In this document: positions 31,279 to 41,072 of the stretch, in pieces | Position numbering within the stretch: position 1 is the first letter of the stretch | Layout: each line of letters begins with the position of its first letter | From: a virus | Taxonomy: Duplodnaviria > Caudoviricetes | DNA: 64,000 nucleotides | Virus record (IMG/VR): IMGVR_UViG_3300021387_000036 | Coordinates: 32,001-96,000 of that record | Direction: 5' to 3' (one strand) | Translations under genes and position numbers: made by a program | The notes under the pieces: generated by a model | The model's database searches: none | What the model was told of the DNA's origin: nothing | What the model saw: only the letters and a program-made list of their open reading frames with translations

Positions 31279-32445
31279 TTAATTAACTTTTTTTGTATAA
31301 TCTAAGCAGATCCAGCCTTGGCCTGACTTAAGTTTACCCCAATTTCCTTTAGTTTCTACTATTGTAAAAATTTCATTCATTCTAACGTATCCAGTAATTG
31401 CATAATTTGTTCCTGCGCCTTTTCTAATTCTTAAAGATTTTGTATTTACTCTAACTTTATATGATGATGCGGCAGCCGGTGTAGTAGAGCTTGAAGCTGG
31501 TTTTGAAGTGCTACTAGATGAGGTTACAATCATAGAAGGTGTGATTGTACCTGTAATAGCTCCAGTCTTTTGAGTGCTAAAAATAACATTATTTCCTGAT
31601 TTACCTCTATAATATAAAGTTGATTTTATTACCCAATCAGGAATTTTCTTACCTGAAGCATATGTTGCACCACTTTTCAATTTAATTATATCTCCATTTT
31701 TATATGTTGTTGAAGTAGATGGAGTTGCGGGAGCCGGTGTAGGAGTAGGAGTAACTGGAGTATGTGTTGCACTAGACGAGCTCCCGCCCTTTAATAATGC
31801 AGCAACTTCTGTTCTAACATTACTCATATTCTTACCTAATATTTTAGGGAACCAATGGTTTATATCCGCATGCCCGCTTCCATATCCTAATTTCCAAGAG
31901 TCTTGATGACAAGTAATCGTAGGCACTTTAGTACCATTTACATTCACTGTTCCTGTTGGATTAATATTAAATTTATCACATAAATAAGCAGTTAATCTTA
32001 AAGCTTCATCATAAACTTTTTGAGCATAATTCTTGTCTTTTAATCCATCTTCACAAATTTCAAATTGAATCCATGAATAAGATTTTCCATTAATACGAAC
32101 TCTATTTAAAGAACCTTTACTTCCTTTTCCGCATCCCCAAGGCATATAGTTCCATGGCATTGTTTGCACGGTTCCAACGCTACCATCTGCGAATTTACCT
32201 ATCCAAGCATTTAATCCTGCACCTCTATAAATATGATTCCAGTCATTTCCTGCAGTATTCTTACCTAATTTTGCTATATCTTTTGCATAATTTGCAGAGC
32301 CATTAGTTGGTTGAACATATCTCTTTAAATTTGGGTTATTAACGCCTGTGCTATGCCATAAAATACCAATAGGTGTTGTTGTTACGGTTCCTTTATAGCA
32401 TGTACTATTTGTTTGCATACATGTATAAAAATCAAAATTAAACAT
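31279..32445 (-). CDS. Endolysin: N-acetylmuramoyl-L-alanine amidase with C-terminal SH3b domain
   Basis: ILWHST, IQFEICED, H...GHAD Zn ligands, P/T/S linkers, LRIRKGAGTNY...WGKLKSGQGWICL. Confidence 0.88.
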   Translation of the reverse strand: MFNFDFYTCMQTNSTCYKGTVTTTPIGILWHSTGVNNPNLKRYVQPTNGSANYAKDIAKLGKNTAGNDWNHIYRGAGLNAWIGKFADGSVGTVQTMPWNYMPWGCGKGSKGSLNRVRINGKSYSWIQFEICEDGLKDKNYAQKVYDEALRLTAYLCDKFNINPTGTVNVNGTKVPTITCHQDSWKLGYGSGHADINHWFPKILGKNMSNVRTEVAALLKGGSSSSATHTPVTPTPTPAPATPSTSTTYKNGDIIKLKSGATYASGKKIPDWVIKSTLYYRGKSGNNVIFSTQKTGAITGTITPSMIVTSSSSTSKPASSSTTPAAASSYKVRVNTKSLRIRKGAGTNYAITGYVRMNEIFTIVETKGNWGKLKSGQGWICLDYTKKVN

Positions 32446-32446
32446 T

Positions 32447-32818
32447 TTATTCATCTCCTTCATTAATATATAATGCTCCAATTTTTTCATTTTTTTCAAG
32501 CATTTCTTTAAATTCAGCTAAAGCTTCTTCTACCATTTGACAAAATTGTTCATAAGAGATAAATAGTCCAATAGCTGGGAATTTTGTAAGGAACATATCA
32601 TAAACATATTTTAATTTTAATTGACCTGTTCCAGAACCTAAAACTTCTTCAGCTTTTGCTACTGCAAACACAAGCCATTGACGAACTTTTTCAAGTTGTT
32701 CAGCTGTTGGCTTTTTAAACCAATTATATAAATTAATTGAAACAATAGATACAACAGCAATAGCTATTAAAACTAAAAACCAATAATCTTTCATAAAAGT
32801 TACTAAATCAATAAACAT
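32447..32818 (-). CDS. Holin (LL-H-like, single N-terminal TM helix)
   Basis: Hydrophobic N-terminus, AVAKAE..GSGTGQLKL motif, directly upstream of lysin. Confidence 0.75.
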   Translation of the reverse strand: MFIDLVTFMKDYWFLVLIAIAVVSIVSINLYNWFKKPTAEQLEKVRQWLVFAVAKAEEVLGSGTGQLKLKYVYDMFLTKFPAIGLFISYEQFCQMVEEALAEFKEMLEKNEKIGALYINEGDE

Positions 32819-32833
32819 TTTAAATCACCCTTT

Positions 32834-34069
32834 CTACATTTTTTCTGCTATTTTAGCAATTTCTGACCTATGACAAATAGGGAGCGTAACCTCTCCATAA
32901 AAAGGTTGCCCTTTAAAAACTTCAGAAACTCTTCTCATACCGTTATTTAAACCAGCATATATTCCTACATCAACCTGAGTTTCACTATCTCCATCAAGGA
33001 TACAAAATGAATCTTCTCCAATTCTTTGTAATGCAAGTTTCATTAGGTCTATATTTAAGTTCTGAGCTTCTGTTATATATATACCAGCATGCATACCAGT
33101 AGTATCAAAACCTCTAATATCTGACATAGGTAAAAGTAATAAAGTTCCTTCATTTATCATTCTTTCTACTTGAACCCTATCTCCTATTTTAGAGATTAAA
33201 AAGTTACCAATTTGACTATCTAATAATTTTTCGGTGCGGGAGCCAGGGTAATACCCAAGTTTAGCTGAACCCAATGTAGCCACAGTATTACAGAAAATTA
33301 TTATTTTATCAATTCTTTGAGATTCTAGCGCATCAAATAAACAACCTAGACCAAGGTAACTTTTACCGGTGCCCGCCGCACCTCTTAACATAGTTATTGT
33401 ATTATTTTTTAAGCTATCTATTGCAAGTCTTTGATATGTATCTAAAGGTTTAATTTCACCTAAGATCCTTGAATTAAAAGATGCAAAAGTAATAGGCTTT
33501 AATTTTCCTTCTCTTAAAACGTAGGCATCTAATATTTCATCATTTAATTTTATAACTAAATATTGATTTTCTAATAAATCAAAATTGTGTTTCATATATA
33601 TTTTATTATATACATGGCTTACTTCATCTTCATTATAACATATTATTTCTTTATATCCATGATATTCTTTTTCATATTTCTGATAGGATACAACCGTATT
33701 TAAACCTAAGCTTCTTGCAATATTTTGACAACTAATATCATCAGTTACAAATATTAAATCTGGATTCTCTTCTGAATAATGCATCGCACTAACAATAATA
33801 CGAGTATCATTATCAGGCATTAAAATAGGATTGGGATCTATATATATACTATCCCAATCCTTTTGATAATTAATTACTATATAATTATCTTGATATAAAT
33901 TTAATAACTTAGTTACTTTATTAGCTTTAAATTTAATTTCTTCATCTTTATTTTTAGAAACTTTAATATTTTCTAATTCTCTTAATGTTATATTACTAAT
34001 TACAAAAGGTTCATTATTAAAAGCCTTTTTATAATTATTTAATAAACTGCAAGTATCATAAAAAAGCAT
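32834..34069 (-). CDS. phoH: PhoH-family protein (PIN plus PhoH ATPase)
   Basis: PIN (YDTCSLL, ELE, DTRI, VTDD) plus GAAGTGKS, LGYYPG, IRG, EAQN, GD..Q.D. Confidence 0.9.
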   Translation of the reverse strand: MLFYDTCSLLNNYKKAFNNEPFVISNITLRELENIKVSKNKDEEIKFKANKVTKLLNLYQDNYIVINYQKDWDSIYIDPNPILMPDNDTRIIVSAMHYSEENPDLIFVTDDISCQNIARSLGLNTVVSYQKYEKEYHGYKEIICYNEDEVSHVYNKIYMKHNFDLLENQYLVIKLNDEILDAYVLREGKLKPITFASFNSRILGEIKPLDTYQRLAIDSLKNNTITMLRGAAGTGKSYLGLGCLFDALESQRIDKIIIFCNTVATLGSAKLGYYPGSRTEKLLDSQIGNFLISKIGDRVQVERMINEGTLLLLPMSDIRGFDTTGMHAGIYITEAQNLNIDLMKLALQRIGEDSFCILDGDSETQVDVGIYAGLNNGMRRVSEVFKGQPFYGEVTLPICHRSEIAKIAEKM

Positions 34070-34094
34070 ATAATCTCTCCAATCTTTTTGATTT

Positions 34095-34138
34095 ATATTA
34101 TATGCTTTTTCTTATTATTTTTTTTAACTTTTTTGTCC
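34095..34138 (-). promoter_or_regulatory. Class II promoter-like motif upstream of phoH-holin-lysin
   Basis: GGACAAA-N4-TTAA...N27 total-CATAT. Confidence 0.55.
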
Positions 34139-34585
34139 AAGAGCTTTTATAGCTGCTTTTAAATCTTTTAAGTATTTTTCTTTTTCTTTTTTATCTGTTG
34201 TGCGGGAACGTACAAAAATAGCTCGCCCCTCAATTATATTATTTATATTACCTAACTCTTCATTATATTTTTTATCAAGGTCTAAATATTCCTGCAATAC
34301 AATATTATATAAATTTTTTACATACTTACTACCTTCTTTTGTAGGTGGCATAGCTGTAATTAATCTTTTTAATCCTTTTAATTCGCAACTTTTCCTTTTA
34401 ATTAACTCTTTATAGTATTTTAGATATGCACGACTTTCAGCTAGCTGTCCGCCCATAAGTCGAGATGGAGGCAAAGGGTCTTTATCAGATTTTTTTGATT
34501 CTCCAATAAAATTTCCAATAGATGTAGCTAGTACAACTTTAGTATAACCATCATTGTATTCAGTTTCAACAATTTTCGTTTTCAT
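34124..34585 (-). CDS. Hypothetical protein
   Basis: 153-aa ORF with RBS and class I promoter. Confidence 0.7.
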   Translation of the reverse strand: MKTKIVETEYNDGYTKVVLATSIGNFIGESKKSDKDPLPPSRLMGGQLAESRAYLKYYKELIKRKSCELKGLKRLITAMPPTKEGSKYVKNLYNIVLQEYLDLDKKYNEELGNINNIIEGRAIFVRSRTTDKKEKEKYLKDLKAAIKALGQKS

Positions 34586-34644
34586 TTACAACTCCTATGA
34601 TTTTTATTTATATATAATAATTATACAAAAATTTTTCATAAAAG

Positions 34645-35061
34645 TCAATACTGAATTAGGTATGAGGTATCTAAATATTTACTTTTCCAATATTTTTCAA
34701 CTACTTTTATTTTTACGCTATCACCTATTTTATGATGCTCATAAAAGCTTAGTTGGTTTATTTTAGCAGTCCCTTCTGTATCAGGAACAGTAGCAACAAT
34801 CCAATAGTCATGATGATGTATTGTTTCAAGTCTTTGAAATCTACCATTAGAATTGAGGATGACACGATGAGTATCATATTCATCTTCATACTTTTCAGTT
34901 ACGATACCTGTTGTATAATAAGTTTCATAATTAAGATTTATTGTTGTATAGATTATAACACTAACAATTATAATCAATCCAATAAAAACCACTATAACAG
35001 GTAATAAATCCCATTTTTCATTCTCTTGTATATCTTCTATTATATCTTTAAGTTTACGCAT
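34645..35061 (-). CDS. Membrane-anchored hypothetical protein
   Basis: Single TM helix (LLPVIVVFIGLIIIVSVIIY) followed by a beta-rich domain. Confidence 0.65.
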   Translation of the reverse strand: MRKLKDIIEDIQENEKWDLLPVIVVFIGLIIIVSVIIYTTINLNYETYYTTGIVTEKYEDEYDTHRVILNSNGRFQRLETIHHHDYWIVATVPDTEGTAKINQLSFYEHHKIGDSVKIKVVEKYWKSKYLDTSYLIQY

Positions 35062-35605
35062 TTTTTATATATCCTTGTATATCATTAATAATTGTTTCAA
35101 ATTCTACTGGATAATTGTTATGAGCATCTAATTCTACATGGTAAATGAGCCCCTTATCCATATCTTTAAATTTGTATGGAGTATGCACATGCCCGCATAA
35201 ACATATTGTTCTTCTTTTTAAAGGCTTGTCATCATCATAATTTGAGGCTAATGTTGGATAATGACTAAGATATATACTATATCCATTTAAACGCATTTGA
35301 TGAGCATAACCAAGGCAATCAAAATTTTCTAACTGCATTAACTCCTGGCGGGCTGCTGTATCGTGATTACCCCAAATTATATGTTTGATGCCAGGGAGGC
35401 GCCGCATATAAGACATGCCTTCTTCATTATCATTAAGAAAACAATCTCCTAATATATATAAATGGTCTGTCCAATCCATTACTTCATTAAAATTTTTAAT
35501 TATCTGTTCATTCATTTCATGCACTGAGTTGAATCCTCGTGGCTTATAAATAAAGTCCCTGTCATGACATAGATGCAAGTCTGAACAAAAATATATTTTA
35601 TTCAT
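35054..35605 (-). CDS. Calcineurin-like metallophosphoesterase
   Basis: SDLH, LGD, GNHD, SHYP, GHVH. Confidence 0.9.
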   Translation of the reverse strand: MNKIYFCSDLHLCHDRDFIYKPRGFNSVHEMNEQIIKNFNEVMDWTDHLYILGDCFLNDNEEGMSYMRRLPGIKHIIWGNHDTAARQELMQLENFDCLGYAHQMRLNGYSIYLSHYPTLASNYDDDKPLKRRTICLCGHVHTPYKFKDMDKGLIYHVELDAHNNYPVEFETIINDIQGYIKNA

Positions 35606-35964
35606 ATTTTTATCTCCTTGATCGTGGCTAATTTTTTATAAAATCTTTCCTTTACGAATAAATTAAAAATTTCTTTATCTATTTCTCCTTCTATTTCTTT
35701 AAATAATTTAAAGCGATTTGGAAGATAAACATATTTATAATTCCATTTATTTATAATTGGATAATTATTTGGATTAGGTTTTAAGTTTTGTTTTACAAAT
35801 TCTATAATCATTATATTTTTATCTCTGTTCCATATTTGCCTATTTATATAAAACTCATTATTAAAAGTAAAACTAAATTGCAGTTTAATGTAAGGCGATG
35901 ATATTATTCTCTTTTTCTTTTTATTTTCTATAATTATTGTATCAAAAAAATTTTTAAATTGCAA
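35602..35964 (-). CDS. Hypothetical protein
   Basis: 120-aa ORF in frame-coupled run; start uncertain. Confidence 0.5.
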   Translation of the reverse strand: MQFKNFFDTIIIENKKKKRIISSPYIKLQFSFTFNNEFYINRQIWNRDKNIMIIEFVKQNLKPNPNNYPIINKWNYKYVYLPNRFKLFKEIEGEIDKEIFNLFVKERFYKKLATIKEIKI

Positions 35965-35966
35965 AC

Positions 35967-36347
35967 TTATTCTGTTATTTTTGCAAAATCATCCGCATAA
36001 ACAAATTTATCTTTCATAAAATGACCAAATCCAATTACCTTACTACCCCATCCACCAGAGTCTTCAGTAATAATTCTGCACGGAATATTTTTAAATTTAC
36101 TAAAAAGAAAACCATCTTCTTCAGTTAAATCGAATAGTTCTACTAATGCTTTTATCTGCCAGCCAATATTATTAGTATTATTATACGCATGAAATAAGCT
36201 GCAATTATAAGTCCAAATATTTAAACTAACTACGTTCCCAAAATGACCAATGCAATTAATATCACTACCGATAATAATATTATTCTCTATGGAATTTCCG
36301 TCAGCTATAATTTCTTTTTCTGTTTTTATAATATCTTCAAACTTCAT
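35967..36347 (-). CDS. Hypothetical protein
   Basis: 126-aa ORF with GAGGTG RBS. Confidence 0.7.
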   Translation of the reverse strand: MKFEDIIKTEKEIIADGNSIENNIIIGSDINCIGHFGNVVSLNIWTYNCSLFHAYNNTNNIGWQIKALVELFDLTEEDGFLFSKFKNIPCRIITEDSGGWGSKVIGFGHFMKDKFVYADDFAKITE

Positions 36348-36356
36348 ATATTCACC

Positions 36357-36926
36357 TCATAAAATTATACTTTTATTTTCTGTTGCTCTATCAATAGTCT
36401 GCCTATGAATAGAATCAATACCACTCAGTACACCATCATTTATTATTTTTCCCAAACTAATTGGTGTATATCCACACACATTTGCTGCAAGATTGATATG
36501 TTTACAACCCTCTCTATATGGCTCAACACCATTATGGTCGTGTCCATGAATATTCAAGCACCAGGGCAGTCCATATACAGGTTCATGTGACAGGAGTATT
36601 TTATCTGAAATAAACAAACAACCGCTATATACTTCATCAAAATATGGTTTAAATTTTTGTATGGACTGGTCGTGGTTTCCCATTATCAGCACTTTATGCC
36701 CAGCTTTTAATTTACTTATCCATTCAGGGTTACCAACATCACCAAGATGTATTAAAGTATCATTCTTATGTGCAATAGAATTTATTATTTTTATTTGCTC
36801 TTCTGGTGTTATCCAATTAGGATCTATCAGCTTACAATCAGAATCTTCAAAATGGGTATCTGATATAATATATACAGAACCTTTTTCTGACCAATGCTGA
36901 AAGATTGGATATAAAGAATTAATCAT
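36357..36926 (-). CDS. Calcineurin-like metallophosphoesterase (second copy)
   Basis: SDTH, LGDVG, GNHD, SHEP, HGHDH. Confidence 0.9.
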   Translation of the reverse strand: MINSLYPIFQHWSEKGSVYIISDTHFEDSDCKLIDPNWITPEEQIKIINSIAHKNDTLIHLGDVGNPEWISKLKAGHKVLIMGNHDQSIQKFKPYFDEVYSGCLFISDKILLSHEPVYGLPWCLNIHGHDHNGVEPYREGCKHINLAANVCGYTPISLGKIINDGVLSGIDSIHRQTIDRATENKSIIL

Positions 36927-36934
36927 TTATTCAT

Positions 36935-37207
36935 CTACCTCTCTTCTGCTTCTATGATTGTCGGTGCATCAAGTATAGTATTAAATACTGATTCAGCATT
37001 TATAAACCAATGTATTCCTGCATTTGGTAACTTTCTGATTTTTTCTATTATTTCACCTGTGTCTTTCAAGTTTCCATGATGTTCTGGCAACGGTATGCCG
37101 TTTGCTATTGCTTCACTTATTGCGACAGCATCTCTATCCTCTACAACCAATCCCAAAGTTTTTATTGTTTTATAAAGGTATTCATCTATATTAATTACTA
37201 TCTGCAT
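36935..37207 (-). CDS. Small phage protein, paralog of 38184-38519
   Basis: Shared IVI.I.E...NG.PLP..HG.L.D..E...APT.IEA. Confidence 0.7.
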   Translation of the reverse strand: MQIVINIDEYLYKTIKTLGLVVEDRDAVAISEAIANGIPLPEHHGNLKDTGEIIEKIRKLPNAGIHWFINAESVFNTILDAPTIIEAEER

Positions 37208-37352
37208 CAGTGTTCACCTCTTCCATATTTGTATATCAAAGAAAAGTCCATCATCTTCATACTCACAAACTTCAAGTCCAAATTTTTCAAGCACCTCATT
37301 CATTGCATTAAGTACATCTGCCCTTTCATCTGCAGTTAATAGTTCTTTTTCA

Positions 37353-37679
37353 TCATTCATCAGCGTTTACCTCCCTTGTTTCATCATACTCATAATAATC
37401 AGCATAGCGATGTGAACATTTCACACAAGGATATTTGTCTGGATATGCACTTGTGAATAGGCAAGTATCGCAGTCGTTAAATATCTTTTCGACATTTTTC
37501 CTTAATGCCTTTAATTCTTTCAGCCAGTCTGCAAGCTGTCGATTCTCTTGTGCGTTCCTTTTCATTCTTTCAATATCGTTTACAGATAGCTTCATAATAT
37601 TGAGTTGATGCATATCAAGGTTAAATTCATAATCACTTGCTAATTTTTCAAATTGCTTTATTGCTTCATTAAGTGTCAT
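37353..37679 (-). CDS. Small phage protein with C-terminal Cys cluster
   Basis: MTLNEAI..., RQLADWLKELK, CDTC...PCVKC. Confidence 0.7.
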   Translation of the reverse strand: MTLNEAIKQFEKLASDYEFNLDMHQLNIMKLSVNDIERMKRNAQENRQLADWLKELKALRKNVEKIFNDCDTCLFTSAYPDKYPCVKCSHRYADYYEYDETREVNADE

Positions 37680-37712
37680 TCTTTAACCTCCATTATTCCT
37701 CACTTTCTGCTA

Positions 37713-37838
37713 CTAACCAATTAAGAATTGCTTAATAATGTCTTGCAAATCTGTTTTATCTATCTGATATTCAATCGATATATCATCAAGCCATTTATTT
37801 AACTTCTCGGCTATCTCTATTAGCTGTTCTCTAGTCAT
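37713..37838 (-). CDS. Very small hypothetical protein (41 aa)
   Basis: MTREQLIEIAEKLNKWLDD... after AAGGA. Confidence 0.45.
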   Translation of the reverse strand: MTREQLIEIAEKLNKWLDDISIEYQIDKTDLQDIIKQFLIG

Positions 37839-37862
37839 TCCTTATACTCGCTTTCCTGTGGT

Positions 37863-38177
37863 TCAACCCTCGCAAATATAGGATATTCCGTATTCTTTTG
37901 CACATTTGAACTCTATCTGACATCCTCTTGCATTTCTCCAACCTTTAGCAAATACCGCTATGTCTGCATCTGCCAACATTTCAATAGATTTCCCTAGATA
38001 CCACAATCCGCTGTTTACATTATCGGGAGCATTTTCTTCAATGATCGTATCAATAACCATTATTTCATCGGGTTTATATCCTGCGTTATATAGACCTTCA
38101 ATAACCCTTGCTCTATCTTTGCTTATCTGTAAATCAGACAAGCCATTCATAGGTTGACTTATAAATACTTTTTTCAT
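37863..38177 (-). CDS. DUF4406-like / nucleoside deoxyribosyltransferase-fold protein
   Basis: KVFISQPMNG...LADAD....GWRNARGCQIE..CA..YG. Confidence 0.7.
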   Translation of the reverse strand: MKKVFISQPMNGLSDLQISKDRARVIEGLYNAGYKPDEIMVIDTIIEENAPDNVNSGLWYLGKSIEMLADADIAVFAKGWRNARGCQIEFKCAKEYGISYICEG

Positions 38178-38183
38178 TCCTTA

Positions 38184-38519
38184 TCACTCATTTTCTGCCT
38201 TATCTGCTTCTATGACGGTTGGTGCGAATTTTACACATTCTACACAATCATCCATATTATTGATATGTCCGTATTGTTCATACCCTTCTTCGTAATTTCC
38301 TGACCGAATACCATTGATTATATCTTTTTCAAGTTCATCTAAATCACCCAATCTTCCGTGTCCTTTTGGAAGTGGTGTGCCATTTGTAATATACTTTTTT
38401 AAAGTATAATTAGAACTCTCATAATATATTCCTTCTTGTTCTATCATCTTTACTTGCATTATACATTCGTCGTATTCTTCCTCTGGTATCTTAATTACTA
38501 ATTCTATTATTTGTCCCAT
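38184..38519 (-). CDS. Small phage protein, paralog of 36935-37207
   Basis: ELVIKIPEE...NGTPLPKGHGRLGDLDEL...APTVIEA. Confidence 0.7.
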   Translation of the reverse strand: MGQIIELVIKIPEEEYDECIMQVKMIEQEGIYYESSNYTLKKYITNGTPLPKGHGRLGDLDELEKDIINGIRSGNYEEGYEQYGHINNMDDCVECVKFAPTVIEADKAENE

Positions 38520-38676
38520 CGTTTATCTCCTCCATTTTAAACCAAGAATAAAGTTCGTTATAGCATGAATCACATAAATCATACTCACCCCCACGAGTTG
38601 ATAAGTATAGTTCTCTTTTAACAGGATAAGTTACTTCTTTTCCGCATCTATCACAATATGTTCTAGTTATATTCAT
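38491..38676 (-). CDS. Small Zn-finger protein
   Basis: CDRCGKE...DLCDSC. Confidence 0.65.
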   Translation of the reverse strand: MNITRTYCDRCGKEVTYPVKRELYLSTRGGEYDLCDSCYNELYSWFKMEEINDGTNNRISN

Positions 38677-38677
38677 T

Positions 38678-38947
38678 TTATTCCTCCTCTTCATATACCA
38701 TTGGTGTTCCGTCAGGGTTTACAAGCACGGTAAATGTTCCAACATTGTATCCGCCATTAGATACTGCGTACATTACTTTTGTATCTTTATGATAAACAAT
38801 ATAATAACCAGGACTGTATCGCTTTTCGATTATAACAAACATGCTCTTTTGTTCATTTTGCTCTTCTGGATATGTATTTACATTTTCGCATCCGCCTAGT
38901 AAAAATACACAAGCAATAGCTATAATAATTATTTTTAGTTTATTCAT
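38678..38947 (-). CDS. Small lipoprotein (DUF6440-like)
   Basis: Signal peptide with lipobox LLGGC; VYHKDTKVMY...VLVNPDGTP. Confidence 0.7.
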   Translation of the reverse strand: MNKLKIIIIAIACVFLLGGCENVNTYPEEQNEQKSMFVIIEKRYSPGYYIVYHKDTKVMYAVSNGGYNVGTFTVLVNPDGTPMVYEEEE

Positions 38948-39126
38948 TCTTCACTTTTCCTCCAATACTTACAATTAAATCCATGCAGTTTTGGTTTATT
39001 CATGTAATTTTTACTATCTTTACCTACGAATAATAAGTGCTTGCCCATTTTGCATTTATAGATATATTTTGAATTAAATGCTATTCTGCACCAAAAACAG
39101 TTGCTACAATTCTGCATCAGTTTCAC
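38944..39126 (-). CDS. Small Cys-rich hypothetical protein
   Basis: CSNCFWC...C...C. Confidence 0.5.
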   Translation of the reverse strand: MKLMQNCSNCFWCRIAFNSKYIYKCKMGKHLLFVGKDSKNYMNKPKLHGFNCKYWRKSEE

Positions 39127-39304
39127 CCTCAGTTTCTACCTTAACAATCACATTCTGTCCTATTAATTCCTTGAAAAGATTTTCGGCTTTTTTGCCCGTA
39201 AACATCTTTAAGACTGTTAAAGATAAAAAATTATTCTCTGCTACACACATTACAGGCACATCTTCATTTGACTTATCATAAGTTATCGTTAATGTTCTAT
39301 TCAT
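39104..39304 (-). CDS. Hypothetical protein
   Basis: MNRTLTITYDKS... after junction motif/RBS. Confidence 0.55.
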   Translation of the reverse strand: MNRTLTITYDKSNEDVPVMCVAENNFLSLTVLKMFTGKKAENLFKELIGQNVIVKVETEGETDAEL

Positions 39305-39330
39305 TCCTTTCCTCACTTTCTGCCTGTGAT

Positions 39331-39573
39331 TTATTCCCACGGAAAACTATTAATCTTTTTGACAGCTTTTGTGTATCTAGTTTTTCTACTGCCACACCAA
39401 GGGCAATATTTATATAATTTCTCAGGAGCTGGTTTTATAGGAAATGGCTGTTCAATAGAATGATTTTTATAACAACCATAATGAAAGCCACAACTGCATC
39501 TTGCATAAATTGCAATATCACCATTATATTTTACGAATTGCCATAAATGATCCTTTCTTCTACCTTTCTTCAT
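39331..39573 (-). CDS. Small Zn-binding hypothetical protein
   Basis: CSCG...YKYCPWCG. Confidence 0.6.
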   Translation of the reverse strand: MKKGRRKDHLWQFVKYNGDIAIYARCSCGFHYGCYKNHSIEQPFPIKPAPEKLYKYCPWCGSRKTRYTKAVKKINSFPWE

Positions 39574-39576
39574 GTT

Positions 39577-40140
39577 TTATATTATTCTCCTTACATAATT
39601 ACCATTTACTTCCTCTGTTACTCTTAAAGCCAATTCTCCGAACCTAGCCTCTACCAATTTCGGCACACACCCTTGTCCTACCCCATACGGATTGACAAGT
39701 TTGTGCATGGTAATAATTATAGCATCATCGGGTGCATTGTCGTAATTTCCATTTGGATTCCAAAGTAATTGTTTGTATCCATACTTCTTAACTATGTCAG
39801 CACAGAGTTTAATTAATGAATCAAATACTGTTTCCGTCATATAATTTGTACTTATGTCATAATAATCATTAGGCAGTGCTTCACAATGAAGTGAACACAT
39901 TATATTTATAGCTGCATTATCGTTCTCTGGAGATCCTGTACTCCATGCTCCGTATTGTTCAGATATGATTTCATTAACTTTTCCATCTTTATCAATAAAA
40001 TAATTGTAAGAGGTATTATCAAAATATTTCAACACCCTTATCATTCTTTCGCTACTAAGTTGTGGAGAACAATGAATAGTGATACGAGATATTTTTGCAT
40101 TACGTTCTCTACAACGTTGTGATAATGAATTCTTTTTCAT
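39577..40140 (-). CDS. Stand-alone amidase_2-fold protein, possibly catalytically altered
   Basis: ITIHC, YNYFIDKDG, GAWSTGS..ND..AINI, MHK...CVP; no cell-wall-binding domain. Confidence 0.7.
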   Translation of the reverse strand: MKKNSLSQRCRERNAKISRITIHCSPQLSSERMIRVLKYFDNTSYNYFIDKDGKVNEIISEQYGAWSTGSPENDNAAINIMCSLHCEALPNDYYDISTNYMTETVFDSLIKLCADIVKKYGYKQLLWNPNGNYDNAPDDAIIITMHKLVNPYGVGQGCVPKLVEARFGELALRVTEEVNGNYVRRII

Positions 40141-40150
40141 TTACTCTCCC

Positions 40151-40540
40151 TCACTTTCTGCCTTTACGTTCATCCAATGCCTCCTTTAAAGTTTCAATAC
40201 AATACTTAAAAGCCCTTTCTTGCCCTTCTAATAAGTCATGATTGTTTTCACAATGAACCATATTAAAACAACTTTGCAGTCCTCTTTCCATTTTCTCAAG
40301 GGCTTCTTTAATCTTTTCTCTTTCTCTGCTTGTATAATCCTCGAAAGGCTGTTGCTCTAATACTCTTTTTATTTCATTTTCAAAATCTATGTCCGACGGA
40401 TATGAATGTATACAGATCCTGCACTCTTTTGGCTGTTGCTCTAGTGCTTTGATTATTTCATCAATTTCATCTGCACAATCTAATGGAAGATAATCAGTTA
40501 AATATCCTTTTACTTTTATCAATGCTTTTTCATTCGTCAT
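40151..40540 (-). CDS. Hypothetical protein with internal LEQQP duplication
   Basis: KALEQQP / RVLEQQP. Confidence 0.65.
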   Translation of the reverse strand: MTNEKALIKVKGYLTDYLPLDCADEIDEIIKALEQQPKECRICIHSYPSDIDFENEIKRVLEQQPFEDYTSREREKIKEALEKMERGLQSCFNMVHCENNHDLLEGQERAFKYCIETLKEALDERKGRK

Positions 40541-40752
40541 CCTAACACAACTCCTTCCTCAAAACCTTTTATATATCCATCTTTATACCCTTGTTCATAT
40601 CCTTTATCTTCTAATGCTTTTATAGCCATAGAGTTTGCCTCGATAATTTTCCTTAGTTCTTCATCAGGATTTTCCCAGTCTGCTTTATTGATACAATTTT
40701 TAAATATTTCAAACTCTTCCTTTAATTCTTCACTTGCTTCTTGTGGTGTCAT
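40537..40752 (-). CDS. Hypothetical protein
   Basis: MTPQEA...MAIKALE...GYEQGYKDG. Confidence 0.65.
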   Translation of the reverse strand: MTPQEASEELKEEFEIFKNCINKADWENPDEELRKIIEANSMAIKALEDKGYEQGYKDGYIKGFEEGVVLG

Positions 40753-41072
40753 TCTTTAACCTCCTTAACCCATAAATCTAAATCTGCCCTATACACGTTG
40801 AATTTTTCGTCATAGCTTGTTTTAATCGGCAATCTAGAAATATAATCTGCAAATATATTTGTCATTCTCTGTATGAGTAAATCTGAAATTTCATCTTTTT
40901 TCATCGTAAATACTTCAAATGGTAAAAACATAGTCTGTAATTTCAAATGTTTTAACGGTGTTGTTTCTTCAATAAAACTGATACAATGATTAAAAGGAGA
41001 TAGTTGTTTTTTATAGTAATTTATTTCCCTTTTAAGGGCTTTGATTGTATTTACTTTTCTAGGTTTTGTCAT
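40749..41072 (-). CDS. Hypothetical protein
   Basis: 107-aa coupled ORF. Confidence 0.6.
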   Translation of the reverse strand: MTKPRKVNTIKALKREINYYKKQLSPFNHCISFIEETTPLKHLKLQTMFLPFEVFTMKKDEISDLLIQRMTNIFADYISRLPIKTSYDEKFNVYRADLDLWVKEVKE

